A stretch of DNA of 64,000 nt from Eledone cirrhosa (Eukaryota), in contig OZ024742.1 in assembly GCA_964016885.1 (NCBI GenBank), positions 225,618,001-225,682,000 on the forward strand. The letters are read 5' to 3'. Under the pieces are notes generated by a model. It made no database searches. It was not told the origin of the DNA and was given only the letters and a program-made list of their open reading frames with translations. Below, one piece after another: positions 13,681-26,867 of the stretch (position 1 is the first letter of the stretch; each line of letters opens with the position of its first letter). The position numbers were made by a program, and so were the translations under genes.

Positions 13681-14107
13681 GTATGTTATTTTTCTTTACG
13701 TATTGAAAATTATTTTTATATTAAACTGTATAATAAGCTGCTGGATTGTGAGGTCTCCAACAGTTCTAACAATGTGTGCTCTAATTGATTACATCAGCAG
13801 AACAGTCTGCTTGTGAAATTAACATGTAAGTGGCAGAGCATTCCACAGTCACGTGTATCCTTCTTGTAGATTCAGCGTGACACAGAGTGTGACAAAGCTG
13901 GCTTTATGAATTTCTAGAACTCATTTTTGCTAGTTGAGTGTACTGCGACAATGTACAATCAAGTGTTTTGCTGACGGACACAATGCGCTGCCTGGTCCGG
14001 GAATCGAACACACAACTTTACGATTGTGAGCTGAACACCTTAACCACTAAGCCACTGTTGTAGTATGTTATAAACATATAAAACTAGAAATACCATATGG
14101 GATTTAA

Positions 14108-14305
14108 CCCTTTAGCATTTATATTACTCTATATATACTATTGTATTTTTGTGGTAAAGGCTTTACCTCACATAATATCAAATCTATGAGATTTTGATAT
14201 TATTTATTTTGAGAACAATAAGTAGGAGTGGCTGGTTATGGCTGGTTTGAACAGAAAGAGGTGAGAGGGTTCTGGCTGGATATGGCTTATTTAAATACTA
14301 ATGGG
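14108..14305. mobile_element. piggyBac-like MITE copy
   Basis: TTAA flanks; same TIR and body as 2991..3211. Confidence 0.8.
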
Positions 14306-15485
14306 TTAAATGAAGCTGTGTGAATAGGTATATAAAGAAGGCATGACCTCCACTGGGTTCAACTATGAATGTTCCATTTGTTCAATCAACAGGGCAGCCT
14401 GCTTGTGAAATTAACATGAAAATGGCTGAGTGTTCAACTGATATGTGTACTCTTAATTGTAATTCTCAGGGAGAATAAGCACAACACCTTGTTTGACAAG
14501 GCTGGCCCTTTGAATCACAGGTACCTTCAATCCAGCAGATTTCCAAAAGGTTTCTACCTACCCAATTTCATTTACAAGACATGGATTTATATGAGGTTAT
14601 GGTAATTGACACTTGCCCATGATACCCCAGTGTGAGATCGAACCTGGGACCTTATGATTATGAAGCAAACTTCTTAACCATTTGATCATTCTGCAAATGC
14701 ATTGAATATGTAAACATGTTATATTTACATATTTCTTTGTAGATTAAAGGCAGAAATGTATTGGTGTTAGAAACATAATTACAAAAGGGTTAAATAAATA
14801 ATTAATTACACACTTAGACAGCTAATTAGCAGAGTTATTACAGCATTAGATTAAATGCTTCACAGAATTTTCTCTGGCTCACTATGCTCTGAGGTCAAAT
14901 CCTGCTGAGGTCAACTTCGACTCTCAGCTTTTCAGGATGGATAAAGTACCAGTCAAGGTCCAGTGGATTAGCAGAATTCTTAAAGTATTGAATGGAATAC
15001 CTTGTGGTATTTGTTCTAGCTCTCTCTATTTTGAGTTCAAATTTCACATCATGTCACCAGAAAAGCAAGGACACTTCTATCAAGAGTTGTGTTGGGCAGA
15101 TAGTATCAGCAATGGAAAGATCAATGTAAATATACATAGTTTCCTTGGTCAGTTCAATTCCCAGACCAGGTGATCTGTTATGTCTTAGAACAAGAAACTT
15201 TATTTTATGTTGCTCTTTCTGTCTGGAGCTGCAAACGGTAGATAGTATCAGCAATGGAAAGACCGATGAAAATATTCTTTCCTTGGTCCAATTTGACAAG
15301 TTCCACCCCAGTCAGTAAGCAAATGAGGCCTGGATCTTGTTGATTACTTCCTTCTTCCTTGATCAGATATAAGGATTGGCTCTTTTCCTTAAATTTATTA
15401 ATTCAATATTAATTAAATCTATTATATTTTAATTATTAATTACCAATGTAGCTATTTGATGTTTGTCAAAGTATTTCTGTTTCAG

Positions 15486-15553
15486 TCTTGGTTAACAGGT
15501 GATGTGATAAGTTGTGCAATAGACTGTGACAAAGGAACCATCACCTTTTTCCG
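15486..15553 (+). CDS. RNF123: RNF123 exon 5 (SWLTGDVISCAIDCDKGTITFF)
   Basis: AG/GT boundaries; SPRY motif. Confidence 0.95.
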
Positions 15554-16493
15554 GTATGCAATGCTTCATTAAACTATTTCTCAAACCAGTATTTTTGCTT
15601 CAAGTCCATTGTTTCTTTTATTTTACATATATCAAGGATCCCAAATTTTTTTAAACCATCATCCCCTTCATGAAATCCTTGACCCCTCATTGACACCAGG
15701 CATGTACAAAAATAAGTAAATAAATATATTCCCCCAAACATTTTTGACCATTGACCCCTTCATAGATTCCTTGACCACCTCATCAACCCTTGACTGATAC
15801 TTTTCTATGGTCAGATGCTCTTTATGATCCCATACCCCATCATCATTAAATGTGGTGAGAGATCAAGGGCTCCAAAGTGGTAGTGCTGGTGTCACGATAA
15901 AATGCACTTAGTACACACTGTAAAGCAATTGGTGTATCCAACCATAGAAACCATGCCATATATGAAATGTATGAGCAAGATGGTCATCTAACCTAAGTAG
16001 CTTCAGAATATGACAACCAGTTCAGCCCATGCTGGCATGAAAAACAGGCATAAAACGACAATGATGGTGAAGATGATGACGTATCATTAAACACTTATAT
16101 GCATTAGTTTCATGTCCATTTTTTCCATGCTACCATGGGTTGGATGAGACTTTGCGAGGCAGAATTCTACTGTGGACGCCCTTCCTGACTCCAACCCTCA
16201 ATATCTTTATTGTTTTGCCTTGTTTTTGTTCGTTGTCTTGTCTTCTCTTTTTAATTTTCCAAAGTTTATATATAAGGACTATCATCGGAAATGTTAAGAC
16301 CCCCATCCTGCTATTTCAAGTGTTAAACTAATATATTCCTTCCATATACTGTGCCGTTTGTTTTGTTATTTCTGTTTACCTTTTACATTATATATATATG
16401 AGAGAGAAGGGGAATTATATATTTATGTATCTGTGTGTGTATCTTTAATTTGATATATATATATATGATACATGATTTTCCTTTTAACTTCAG

Positions 16494-16619
16494 GAATGGT
16501 AAATGTCTTGGAGAGGCTTTCAATAATGTCAGGTGTGGTCCAGGATATGCCTATTTCCCTGCTGTCAGTTTATCTATGTCAGAAAATGTTCGTGCTAACT
16601 TTGGAGCAATACCTCTTAG
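16494..16619 (+). CDS. RNF123: RNF123 exon 6 (NGKCLGEAF...YFPAVSL...NFGAIPL)
   Basis: cag acceptor; ends at the U12 donor ATATCCTTT (16620). Confidence 0.92.
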
Positions 16620-18310
16620 ATATCCTTTTATCAATCAGTCAGTTGTATTTTTCTCTTTCATTTATATCAAATCATGTATGGTTTATTCAACAGCAACTGT
16701 TTATATATTGGTATTTCATATTAGTTTTTATTGTTTAGTTATGCACTTAACTCTTAATTCCATTTTATTTCTCCAGTCTACTCAACTGGCAAAATAGGAG
16801 TTGTAACTGTAAATTCAAGGAGCCAGCTTTGTCACACATTGTGTCATGATAAATCTCTTTGAGAACTATATTAAGGGTGTATGAGTCTTTGGAATGCTCA
16901 GTTACTTATATGTTAGATATTATGAGCAGGCACTTCTGTTGATTAAATCGACTGGAGCACTCATCGTTGAAAATTACAGAGGTCCAACAATATGAAGTCG
17001 TATTAACAAAACATTCTTGAAAAGTACAAAACAACACTATAGCTTCACAATAAAAATTGAAGTCTTTAATTTAGTTTATTGCGAATTTTCTCAATGATCT
17101 GTCCACTAGTAACGGCATTATAAAAATTTGAATTAACAAACCGGTTTTTAGGTATTTTTTTGCTCATTCTTTACATGATATTAATAATTAATGTCCACAA
17201 ATATATTTATAGTTTTTTCAGTTCCTTCTGCTCCCTCTGGAGCATTGGGTGGCAAGACATCTCCAACTAGCACATACACAAACACCATCATAGACCTAAG
17301 AGCAGGCCAGGCCAGGCCCATATCTGTCAGGCCCTCATCTACAGACATCAACCAAGTCTTGACAAGTCTGCCTCATTTCTTTACATCTTCCTTCTGGCTT
17401 CCATTTCAGAGAGGCCCTCACTTGTCTCTTCAAGGACATGTGTAGCATGTGGTCCAGCATCTTCCACTGTCTTACGGTGATGATATCCCATAGTTTACTC
17501 AACCCAGCTCTTTCTGTGGGGGTCACACCAAGTTTGGCAGTCATTAGAGCCTTGGTATTTATCCCAGATCTCTGCACTATGAGATCAAATCCCACCGAAG
17601 TCAACTTTGATTTTCATTCTTTCACAGTCGATAAATAAACTTTTAGTCAAAAGATGGTGAATTGGTTGAATTGTTAAAACATCAGACAGAATACTTTGCA
17701 GTATCTGTTCTGGGTTCAAATCTCACCTCCTGTCCTCAGAAATTAAATTATAGTTCAGACTGTCACATAGTATCAGCAATGGAAAGACCAATAGAAACAT
17801 TACTTATTTTCCTTGGACTGATCTTTTTTCTTTCTTTATTAGACAACAACCAATAAAAATAGCAAGCAGAGGTTAACCTTCTGGGTCTCATGAAGGGCTT
17901 CATACCCATCATGTTTGGGTTTTTTTTTAGATAATGTTTTACAGCCAGATACCTTTCCTAGTACCAAGCATTTTAGTTGCCTCATCTGATATGCAGGGAT
18001 GTTGTCTACCTATTCTAAACCAGATACACACAACAAATATTTTTTTTTAATTAGATAAAGTGCATAGCCTAGTGGTTAGGGTGTTGGACTCACAAGCATA
18101 AGGTCATGGGTTCAATTCCTAGTGACATGTTGCTCCGTCTGCCAGATGTTTCAAACAGCAGATAGTATCAGCTGTGGAAAGACCAATAGAAACACTATTT
18201 CCTTAGTCTGATCTGACAATTGACCTCATTTGCTTTTTTTACCTTTATTAGAGAAGCAACTAATTCTGTGAACATGTATTTTATTTTATTATTCCTTGAC
18301 AGTAATGAAT
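16620..18310 (+). other. U12-type intron with apparent AT-AT termini
   Basis: 5' ATATCCTTT; branch site TTCCTTGAC at 18292-18300; the junction after ...gaAT(18310) restores the frame. Confidence 0.8.
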
Positions 18311-18425
18311 ATATCAGGTTGAAGGATATAAACCTCTACAAGATCCTCCACATTTAGATCTTGCTCAAGCCCAAATTTTGTTCTGTTATTTAGAAAATTT
18401 GTTACCTGTCATGGTTGAAGAAGAG
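18311..18425 (+). CDS. RNF123: RNF123 exon 7 (YQVEGYKPLQDPPHLDL...VEEE)
   Basis: GY-PLQDPP motif; gtaagt donor. Confidence 0.9.
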
Positions 18426-18887
18426 GTAAGTCTTTCTTTTTGTATACAAATGGTGCAGGTATGGCCATTTGTTTAAGGAGTTCACTTCACAACCAAGTGG
18501 TTTTGGCTTTCGTCCCACTGTGTAGAACCTTAGGCATGTGACATCTACTGTAGCATCAGGTTGACCAATGCCTTGTGAGTGAAATTTGGCAGATGGAAAC
18601 TGTGTGAAAGTCCATTGTGTATATATAAATGTGCATGTGTGTATATATCATCATCATCATTATCATTGTTTAACGTCCATTTTTCCTTGCTAGCATGGGT
18701 TAGACAGGTTGTTCTGTTTGAGGCAAGTTGGGTTGCGTGACCATGTCTTGCTCACACACAACTGTTTCTGGCTAGGTTTCTATGGCCGAATGCTCTTTCT
18801 AATGCCAACCATATATATACTAGCAGAAGTAGCCGGCGTTGCCCGGGTGTAAGTCGACCTTTGCTCTGTTGTTAAAATGTGTGAAAG

Positions 18888-19418
18888 TTACTTCCCGCAC
18901 ATCACAGGTGCAACGTTGTTGTTGGGGTTCATGCTGTTGTTGGTGTTGTTATTGTCTACACCAAAGGAGGTCATCATGAAACAGGAGTTGTATTTCCACA
19001 TATTACGGTGGAACGTTGTAGCCGTAGTGTCGTCACCTGTAAGTAGATTCAGAAGAACGTCTGGCGGGTCAGCCAATGCCTCTAGTTGCACCTTACCTCC
19101 TGCACAGCACATAGAAGGCGCCTTGCCTGGCGACCTCATTGCCTTGCAGGATGTACAGACATTATCCATTTTGCCAATGGAAACTGTAGGCAGAAGTCCG
19201 TAATCCTCAGAGGGGTTATATCTGAAGGCTGCTTTTATCCAGCCTGAGCTCTTGGCAGCAGTAGCTAATGTATGCCGGGAATGCTTAGCAGCAAGCCTGT
19301 TGTCTCTGTCTGCTGTGGACTCCTCTGCAAGCTCTTGTTGACAACGAAGGCGAACCCCAGCAAGCCTCGTCTGACGGGATGTTGGTGACTTTATAATGAA
19401 GATTATTTGTCGCTGCAA
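18888..19418 (-). pseudogene. Helitron RepHel N-terminal fragment
   Basis: IGKMDNVCTSCKAM...MCCAGGKVQL...FHRNMWKYNSCFMMTSFG; Rep and helicase domains absent. Confidence 0.85.
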
Positions 19419-19754
19419 GTGTTAGTAGATTCAGAAGGCATAAATAACGACGAAATGCATTATGAATATGTAATTCCGTTTATTCGTGGTATAAGCATGG
19501 AATTAGTATAACGACAAGAAAAGGTTGATCTGTATCGAAGAATTGACGTGTTGACGCAAGCAAGTATTTCCGGAGACTCAATTCTCTCTGAGTTCACTTA
19601 CGTTATCTGGTCTAAGTAGTCCAGTAACTCGTATCGCTCCGCCGAAGGTTTTGATTGGCTCACACTTCAGCCAATTTACCTCCGTAACATAATTCTTCCA
19701 CAGAAGGAAAATACATTTAATTACAAAGTAAGTATATATTTATTTACTGCTACA

Positions 19755-20040
19755 ACTCCTCTGCAAGCACTTGTTGGTGACAAAGGCGAACGCCAGCAAG
19801 ACGCGTTGTACAGGATGTTGGTGACTCCTCCGCCAGCGCTTGTTGGCGACGAAGGCGAACATCAGCAAGCCTCGTCGTACGGGATGTTGGTGACTCCTCC
19901 GCCAGCGCTTGTTGGCGACGAAGGTGAACACCAGCAAGCCTCGTCGTACGGGATGTTGGTGACTCCTCCGCAAGCGCTTGTTGGTGATGAAGGCGAACAT
20001 CAGCAAGCCTTGTCGTACGGGCTGTTGGTGACTCAACCAG
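19755..20040 (-). repeat. 69-bp (23-codon) tandem repeat, STPR-like, inside the Helitron
   Basis: Units at 19813, 19882, 19951 and 20020; a minus frame reads ESPTSRTTRLADVRLRRQQALAE. Confidence 0.85.
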
Positions 20041-20528
20041 CCGGGAAAGACGTCTATCAGTGAGTCGAGATTCGCACTCAACAGGTGTTCCTAGAGAAAG
20101 TTAATGCTACTGGTTAGCTAAGCCAAAGGCACTGTGCCAATAGTAAATGAGAAAAGTGTAATATGAACAAAAGGGAATCAAGGTAAGACAATAAATTTAA
20201 TATAACTACGATTAGAATGTTGTAGTTGCTTAAAAGTGGTAACAGTTAGAATAAATGCAGTGCTTGCTAACATTAAGGGTGAATATTGCATAAAGGATTA
20301 ACCAATTGTGAATGAACGCATACCTGAGAATGCCTAATTCATCGTCTCAAAGCAGTAGTTGTATCTTTTTTGGAGGTAAGTCTTGAACATTTCCGTGTGG
20401 GCATAACGATGTGTAACGAAGCTGTTAGGTTAGAGAGGGGTGATTAAGTACAGAGAGAGGTGACACCAGATTTGCTAGCTTGGTTACTGGTGAATGAGAA
20501 GGTTTGGAAATATGATTATAATAACTTA

Positions 20529-20757
20529 CCGAATTTTTCGGCCTATAAAGTGCACTTAAAATACCTAAATTTCATCAAAAAACAGCTCTGCACTTTATAC
20601 TCCGGTGAGCCTTATGTATAAATAATACAATGGTAATCAATCACGGCTCTAACAGAAGTAATAGATCTAGACTAAAAGTAAGAAGATAGCATTTTCCTGG
20701 TTGGCCTTACACGCCGTTGCGTTTTAAATGATACGCCTTGTAGAGCGGAAAATACGG
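20529..20757. mobile_element. Tc1/mariner (pogo-like) MITE nested in the Helitron
   Basis: TA-CCGAATTTTTCG...CGGAAAATACGG-TA. Confidence 0.65.
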
Positions 20758-23700
20758 TATCTATTGGAAAAGAATACGAATTCATGACCAAGGTGTGACA
20801 AAATTGGCGTCTATACAGTGCCTGAAACAAACTTGTCCAAAACCCTGGGATCTTTCTAGTTAAGTATCCATCTAAAAGGAACCGTTTCTTAGTTACAAAA
20901 AATAACCAAAGTGAATAGTAGCTATATTTCTGATATATCATGCCAAAAAGAACAATATATTCAAAAAATGTTCTAAAGTGCATTCAATCTCTCTTTTTGA
21001 CCGATGTCTTAATAAGCAAATTATCGATTTTTTATTAGCTGTCAGTGTTTATATGCATGCAGGTGTGTACGTGTGCGCAATCAATTGCACTGCATGCAGA
21101 TGGTCTATGGCAACTAATTAAAAAATTAAAGAACAATAGCAATTTGCAAATACGCTCATAACATTTAGTCGTAAACAGAATAAAAAATGCCATTAGAGGT
21201 GGGCTAATAATGGAAAAGACACAAACCCTGGTGAACTTACGTTTAAAAACTCGAAAACTTACTCACTTCCTGTGCAAAAGGCTGTGACAGTAGTGTTTTG
21301 AATTAAGTAATTTTTTAGAACCTTTTGTTTAAAAAAGGAAAAAATTGGTACGGACGTAACATTTTTTACAACTTTGTATGTGTCCAATACAACTTGGTCA
21401 AAGTATTATTTAGTAAATTTTTTTCAAAAAGCATGAATATTTAAGACTGTTTGAAAATTTTCTCACCGCTTTTAGCTTTTGGCATCACAAAAGACACCAT
21501 TAAATTTGGTTTCCTTTCAGATAGGGATAATACTGTATTTTCACTTGAATAAGGGGGAATATGAAAAGTTTAACGCTAAGATGTCGACAATCCCCTAGTC
21601 CCAATGGGGATTTTTAAATTTAAAGAAGGCGAAAAATGAATTAAATTTAACTGAAATGGCATGCAAGTAGTCTAAATAAATAAGCACTAACTCACCGATA
21701 AGTGGGTAAATTCTGTAAAGGTCCGTTTAGTGAGACGGCCGGATTTATTGTTGTTCACAAAAAGCGGATACACACAAAGATCAAAGGGCGGTTCACACAT
21801 GCGTGCATACCTGTTTGTGTATTTATCGTTGAGAAAACATACTGCTCGTGGTATAGACAGGCCGTCCAATCAATAACGCGCGTGAGTCACAGTGTGTGCG
21901 TGCTTATATGGGCATATGAAATTGATTTTGATTGTGCCAGGTGTAAACTAAAAGTGCTTGTGTTCGAATACATACACATTAAATTTCATTGAAATCGAAA
22001 GATTTTTGAAAAAAATATTAAAAACATTCTGTCATATATTTTGTTGACTGTACAATTATTTAAGAATTAAGAATTCTACTCAAAGAATCCTGAATATCTG
22101 TTTGTAAAGCCTTCCATTTTCCCATAAAGAAAGGCGTAGATTTGCATATTTCCGCAATATTGCGCCATTGATAATTAAACTATGAATAATTGTCTGCCCT
22201 AACTCTTAAAGGTCTCATTTAATGCATGATTTATGAGTTTAAAAAACTTTCTGAATTTTTGCAGCCTTGGAGTAACTCCAAATGGATCTATTATTGTGGT
22301 AATATCAAATTTCATTGAAATCGGACGATTTTTGAAAATATAGATTTTTGGCTTCTGGGAGCCCGATTTCAAGTAGCCTATTCTAATCTACGGGTCGAGT
22401 TTTATATATGTGTCAAGTTTCATGAAAATCGGATGAACAGTGTAGCCTGCAAGTTCGGGACACCAAACAAATAAACAAACAACACCCAACTTCACTTTAT
22501 ATATATAGATATGTGTGTGTGTCCGTAACTGTGTTTATATCCAATAACTTATCAGTTTGACAAAAAGAGATTTATGAAATATATACCAAACTTGAAAAAA
22601 TATAAGTATTAGTGTCTATATGGTTGATTAACTCTTTTCAAAGCTGTATCTCAGCATTACTGAACAAAGTAAAAAAATTAACATTTCTTTCTATATTTAT
22701 CAACTAAGTCTTTTGCTCTCTATCGTACTGTAGCATTTTTCATTTTTCCATACAAATATTTCTATAGCAACTTAGTATGAATTATAAGTACACATTTCCA
22801 TATGAATTGTTAGATAAAGTCTGTTAACACTTGGGTTTCTTCTTATATGACTTATTTTTTCTTCTTCATATTTATATTTATCATACCTACTGCCCAGTTA
22901 ATATTGGCACTCCTATATGCTCCACATCCTATTTATTTCAGTTTTGAAATACTTGTTTTTGACAGCTCTTATACAATATTTTAAATCAAGAGGGGTTATG
23001 ACATCTATCAGTGGACATATATTTTTGTTCCAGTCTATTTATATCATCACCATCATCGTTTTTACATTGACTCTTCCATGTTAGCATATGTAGGACAAAA
23101 TTTTTTGAGGCAATGTTTTACAGCTGGATGCCTTTAATCACTTCTTATGACATGCAGGGATAGATATGTATGTATTCTAATCTGGATACACGTGGTTATG
23201 ATCATCATCATGCTAGCATGGGTTAGACGAGTTGTCCCACTTGAGGCAAGTCAGGTCAGGTGACCATGTCTTGAACATACAGAACTGTTTATAAATTGGT
23301 TTCTATGGTTGAATACCTTTCTTAACACCAATCACATTTACAGTATATGCTGGGTGCTTTTTGTCATGACACCTACATGACCACTTTACAGTGTGGGCTG
23401 GGTGCTTTTTGTTGTGATACCAACATGTTCACTTTACAGGGTAGGCTAAGTGTTTTTGTTGTGACACCAAAACAACCACTCTACAAGTTTGACTGAGGAC
23501 TTTGATGGGGGAAGTGTGTGGGAATTGGGGAAGTAGGTATAGGGGCTTGTGTGAAGGGCAGAGTTTTAGGACATGGGAGGTGTATGGAAGGATGGATTGA
23601 GGCAAAGGTGGTGCATATTAGATGTATGCTTCAGCCTGTGCTCATGGGAGGTGTCACGACAAAAAAGCACCCAGCCCACACTGTAAAGTGGTCGTGTAGG

Positions 23701-24049
23701 CGTCACGGAAAAAAGCACCCAGCACTCACTGTAAATGAGGTTGGTGTTAGGAAGGGCATCCAGCTGTAGAAATCAAGCCAGAATCAGTTCCCATATGAGC
23801 AAGAGAAGGTCAGCCAATCGGACACTGCCTACAACAGGACAACCCATCTAACCTATGCTAGTGTGGAAGAATGGACGTAAAACGGTGATGATGATGATGA
23901 TGAGGATGTTCATGTATATTACTATTAGACATTCATCGGGGCAAGTAGGCTTTATTTCTTTCAATCTTTGCAGGTTCTCTGCACACAGCACTCAGGTTTC
24001 ACTACCATACAACATTGCTGTTCGTATAACTGCGGATGTAAAATAATGA

Positions 24050-24770
24050 TGATGATAACTGCATCATACCGTCTGCTCTTTATTTTGAGGGAAAAAAACC
24101 TTTTGTAGCTAGCAGCAGTAGTAGCTCCCTGAACTTTCTCCATTCCGTTCTTACTCTGGCTACTGTACTTTCGGGACACCCTCCTCTACTGCTAATTTGG
24201 TCACTGCAGAAACTGTTGACTATTTCTACAGAGCTCTCTGGGTATTTCAAGGAGCTAGTATCCTTTAGGCTCTTGCTACATACTGCACCTGTGCATCTGC
24301 CACATATAAAACCTATGTTCTTTGATAACCTGCCTGTAATCCCACTACATCTTTTGTTTACCCATATCTTGCATTTGGGGCATAGGACGAAGTTTTTATC
24401 TACTCCTTTCCTGCACACTGAGCAAGGCCATTTCCTTGAAGGAATCTGGGCCCTGTTTTCCTTTCTACATACTCAGAATTTAGTCTTTGACAAGTTAACT
24501 TTAAGACCTTATGATTCTAGGCCAAGCTTCCAGGTTTGAAATTTCTTTTCTAATTCTGCCATAGATTCAGCTATGATGTTTAGATCATCTGCATACAGAA
24601 GTTCCCATGGGCAACCAGTCTTAAACTCTTCTGTTATAGCCTGTAGGGTGATAATAAACAGGAGAGGGCTAAGGACAGAGCCCCGATGGACACCTACCTG
24701 TACACTAAATTCTTTACTATAGTCATTGTTAATTCTGACCTTGCTGACTGTTTCGTTATACATGGCTTGC
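24050..24770 (-). mobile_element. RTE LINE reverse-transcriptase fragment
   Basis: GVHRGSVLSPLLF and LLYADDL, followed by a Cys-rich segment. Confidence 0.9.
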
Positions 24771-25454
24771 GCTTGTAGCAGTTGACAATGATGTTGCTAT
24801 GCCAATCAATAAGTACAACACCATTTTATATTACTTGGTTTACAATATGGGTGGCCATGGCATGACCCACTAGCCCAGAAGCTTTCAGCATTTTGGCAAC
24901 TATCCTCGAAGGTCCAGCTGTTTTGCCTATCTTCATATCACAATGTTCCCAAACACATTTCCTCACAATCCACAACACCTAAATACCTCCAAATTCTTGA
25001 ATATTTGACTATTTTATTGGAAATATGGTCACAAAAAGGTTAATAATTTCTAATTCAGGTGCAAAGTCAGAAAATTTTAGGGATGGGCCAAGTTGAAAGG
25101 GTTAATGATGAACTAATAATTTGATTACATTCCTCTAGATTTTTGTTTATGTTCAAAATTATTAAATAAGGTTTTTTTTTTGTAAGAAACATGGTAATGA
25201 AAAATTTAATGAATTAATAATTTTAGTAAATCCCTCCAAATTATCTATTGATTAATTAAAATTCAATGTCTTTCATTCAAAATATGATCACAAATGGATT
25301 AATGATTTTAGTAAATCCCTGAAAAGTCTTCCTTAGTTAATAAAATACAGTGTATTTCATTCAAAATATGGTCATTAAAGAATAAAATATCTTTAATTCT
25401 TTTATTTCATTGGTACTTATTCAATCTTTTTCATATTTTTTTCATTTCTTCTAG

Positions 25455-25583
25455 TCTGAACGGAAATCCCTGCCTGTTGAAAAGAAGGATTGGCAACCTC
25501 CTGCACTTGGTGATTCACGTAGCCGTCAGTGTAATTTACTTTTAGTTGCTGCACACTTATTTAACAAGCTTGCCACATTATTG
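25455..25583 (+). CDS. RNF123: RNF123 exon 8 (SERKSLP...AHLFNKLATLL)
   Basis: AG/GT boundaries, 43 codons, phase 0-0. Confidence 0.85.
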
Positions 25584-25807
25584 GTTAGTTAACATTTATT
25601 TCTACTATTATTATTGTTATTCAAATCTCACCAAGGTTAGCATTGCCTTTCATCCTTACAGGATCGATAAACTGAAGTACCAGTAATGCACTGGGTTCAA
25701 TTTAATTGACTCCCCATCCCCCAAAAGTGTTGGCCTTGTAGCTAAAACAGGAACCATTATTATTATTATTGATGCTTTTCACAGTAAATATGACAAAGAC
25801 CTTAAAC

Positions 25808-26161
25808 CAGGGTTTACCAACCTAGGTGAAATCGCCCACTGCTGGGCGATTTCAACTGTTGAGTGGGCGATGAGCGACTGAACAGAAAATGGTGGCCGAT
25901 TTGAAATTTTTGTGAATGATATAGCATTTTGAATATTAAGAAGGTATTTCAACATATGTTACCCAACAAAAAAATATTCAAATGAGACATGCAAAGAATC
26001 TGTATAAAAAAACAACAGGAGGCTAAATGGGAATAAAGAACCATTAACAAACTTTTACCAAACATTTTTGGTATGTTATTGAATATTTACTATACAGGTG
26101 AGCAGTGGAAAATTTTTCCATGTGAAAGTGGGCGATGACACAAAAAATGTTGGAACCCCTG
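25808..26161. mobile_element. hAT MITE
   Basis: CAGGGTTTACCAAC...GTTGGAACCCCTG; imperfect 8-bp TSD CCTTAAAC/CCGTAGAC. Confidence 0.7.
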
Positions 26162-26402
26162 CCGTAGACAGACAGTACTTTCCTGAATATATGTGCAGTA
26201 CTCAACAGGGCAGTCTTCTGTATAACAATTTGTAATTTTGTGTCTATTTGCTTAAGATACTCTCTCAGTTTTAGTAGTATTGAGCTCCTGTGGCAACTTG
26301 AATTATCTTGATGTTGTTAGGTGGTATTGGCCACCTAACATCAATTTTCAAGCCAATGTATTTTATTATTTTTTCAATTTATTTCAAGGCTAATATCAAT
26401 AA

Positions 26403-26867
26403 CACTGGTCAACACACTTTTTGCTGATTTAGGTTTTGTTGTTTTTAACTAATTTTGAGGTGCTGATTTCAAATATGGCATCCATTTTTTCCTAACCAGT
26501 TTTTCATGTTTGTCTTTTGCTCGGCTATCCTATAAACACAGGAAACACGGATATTTTGTATACCCTCCTTGTTGGCCAAGTGGAAACTTGACATCGTAGA
26601 AAAAAAGTATTGCCATTTTAAAACTCAGCAGTCCCAAATTACTCAAGGACAAGTCTCAAATATTGGTCAGCAGAAGAAAATGCAAAATTTTGATGACCAG
26701 TGTGCTATCTCTTGTAGCTATGGGTGGGGCCAATATGGACTAATCCATAGATAAAAAAACTTGACATGATAGAAAAAAAATATTTTAAACTCAGGGGCCC
26801 TAAATTACTCTAGAACAGGTCTCAAACTTAGGTCAGCAGAAAAAAAGCATAATTTTGTTGACCAGTG
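26403..26867. mobile_element. Non-autonomous DNA transposon with CACT termini (CACTA/EnSpm-like, tentative)
   Basis: TIR CACTGGTCAACA, TAA on both flanks, internally duplicated right end. Confidence 0.6.

Larger units (their letters stand above)
18820..22509 (-). mobile_element. Helitron, internally deleted
   Basis: Minus-strand 5' TCTATATATA; 3' hairpin CCCGGGCAACGCCGG then CTAG; inserted between A and T; RepHel N-terminal zinc-finger remnant (C-x2-C...CC-x2-GKV...YNS-F-MTSFG). Confidence 0.92.

Noticed and set aside
16620-16797. Extending exon 6 through ORF 16435..16797 (RYPFINQ...)
   Set aside because: The YP codons are the U12 donor ATATCCTT read in frame; similarity ends there and the conserved sequence resumes at 18311.
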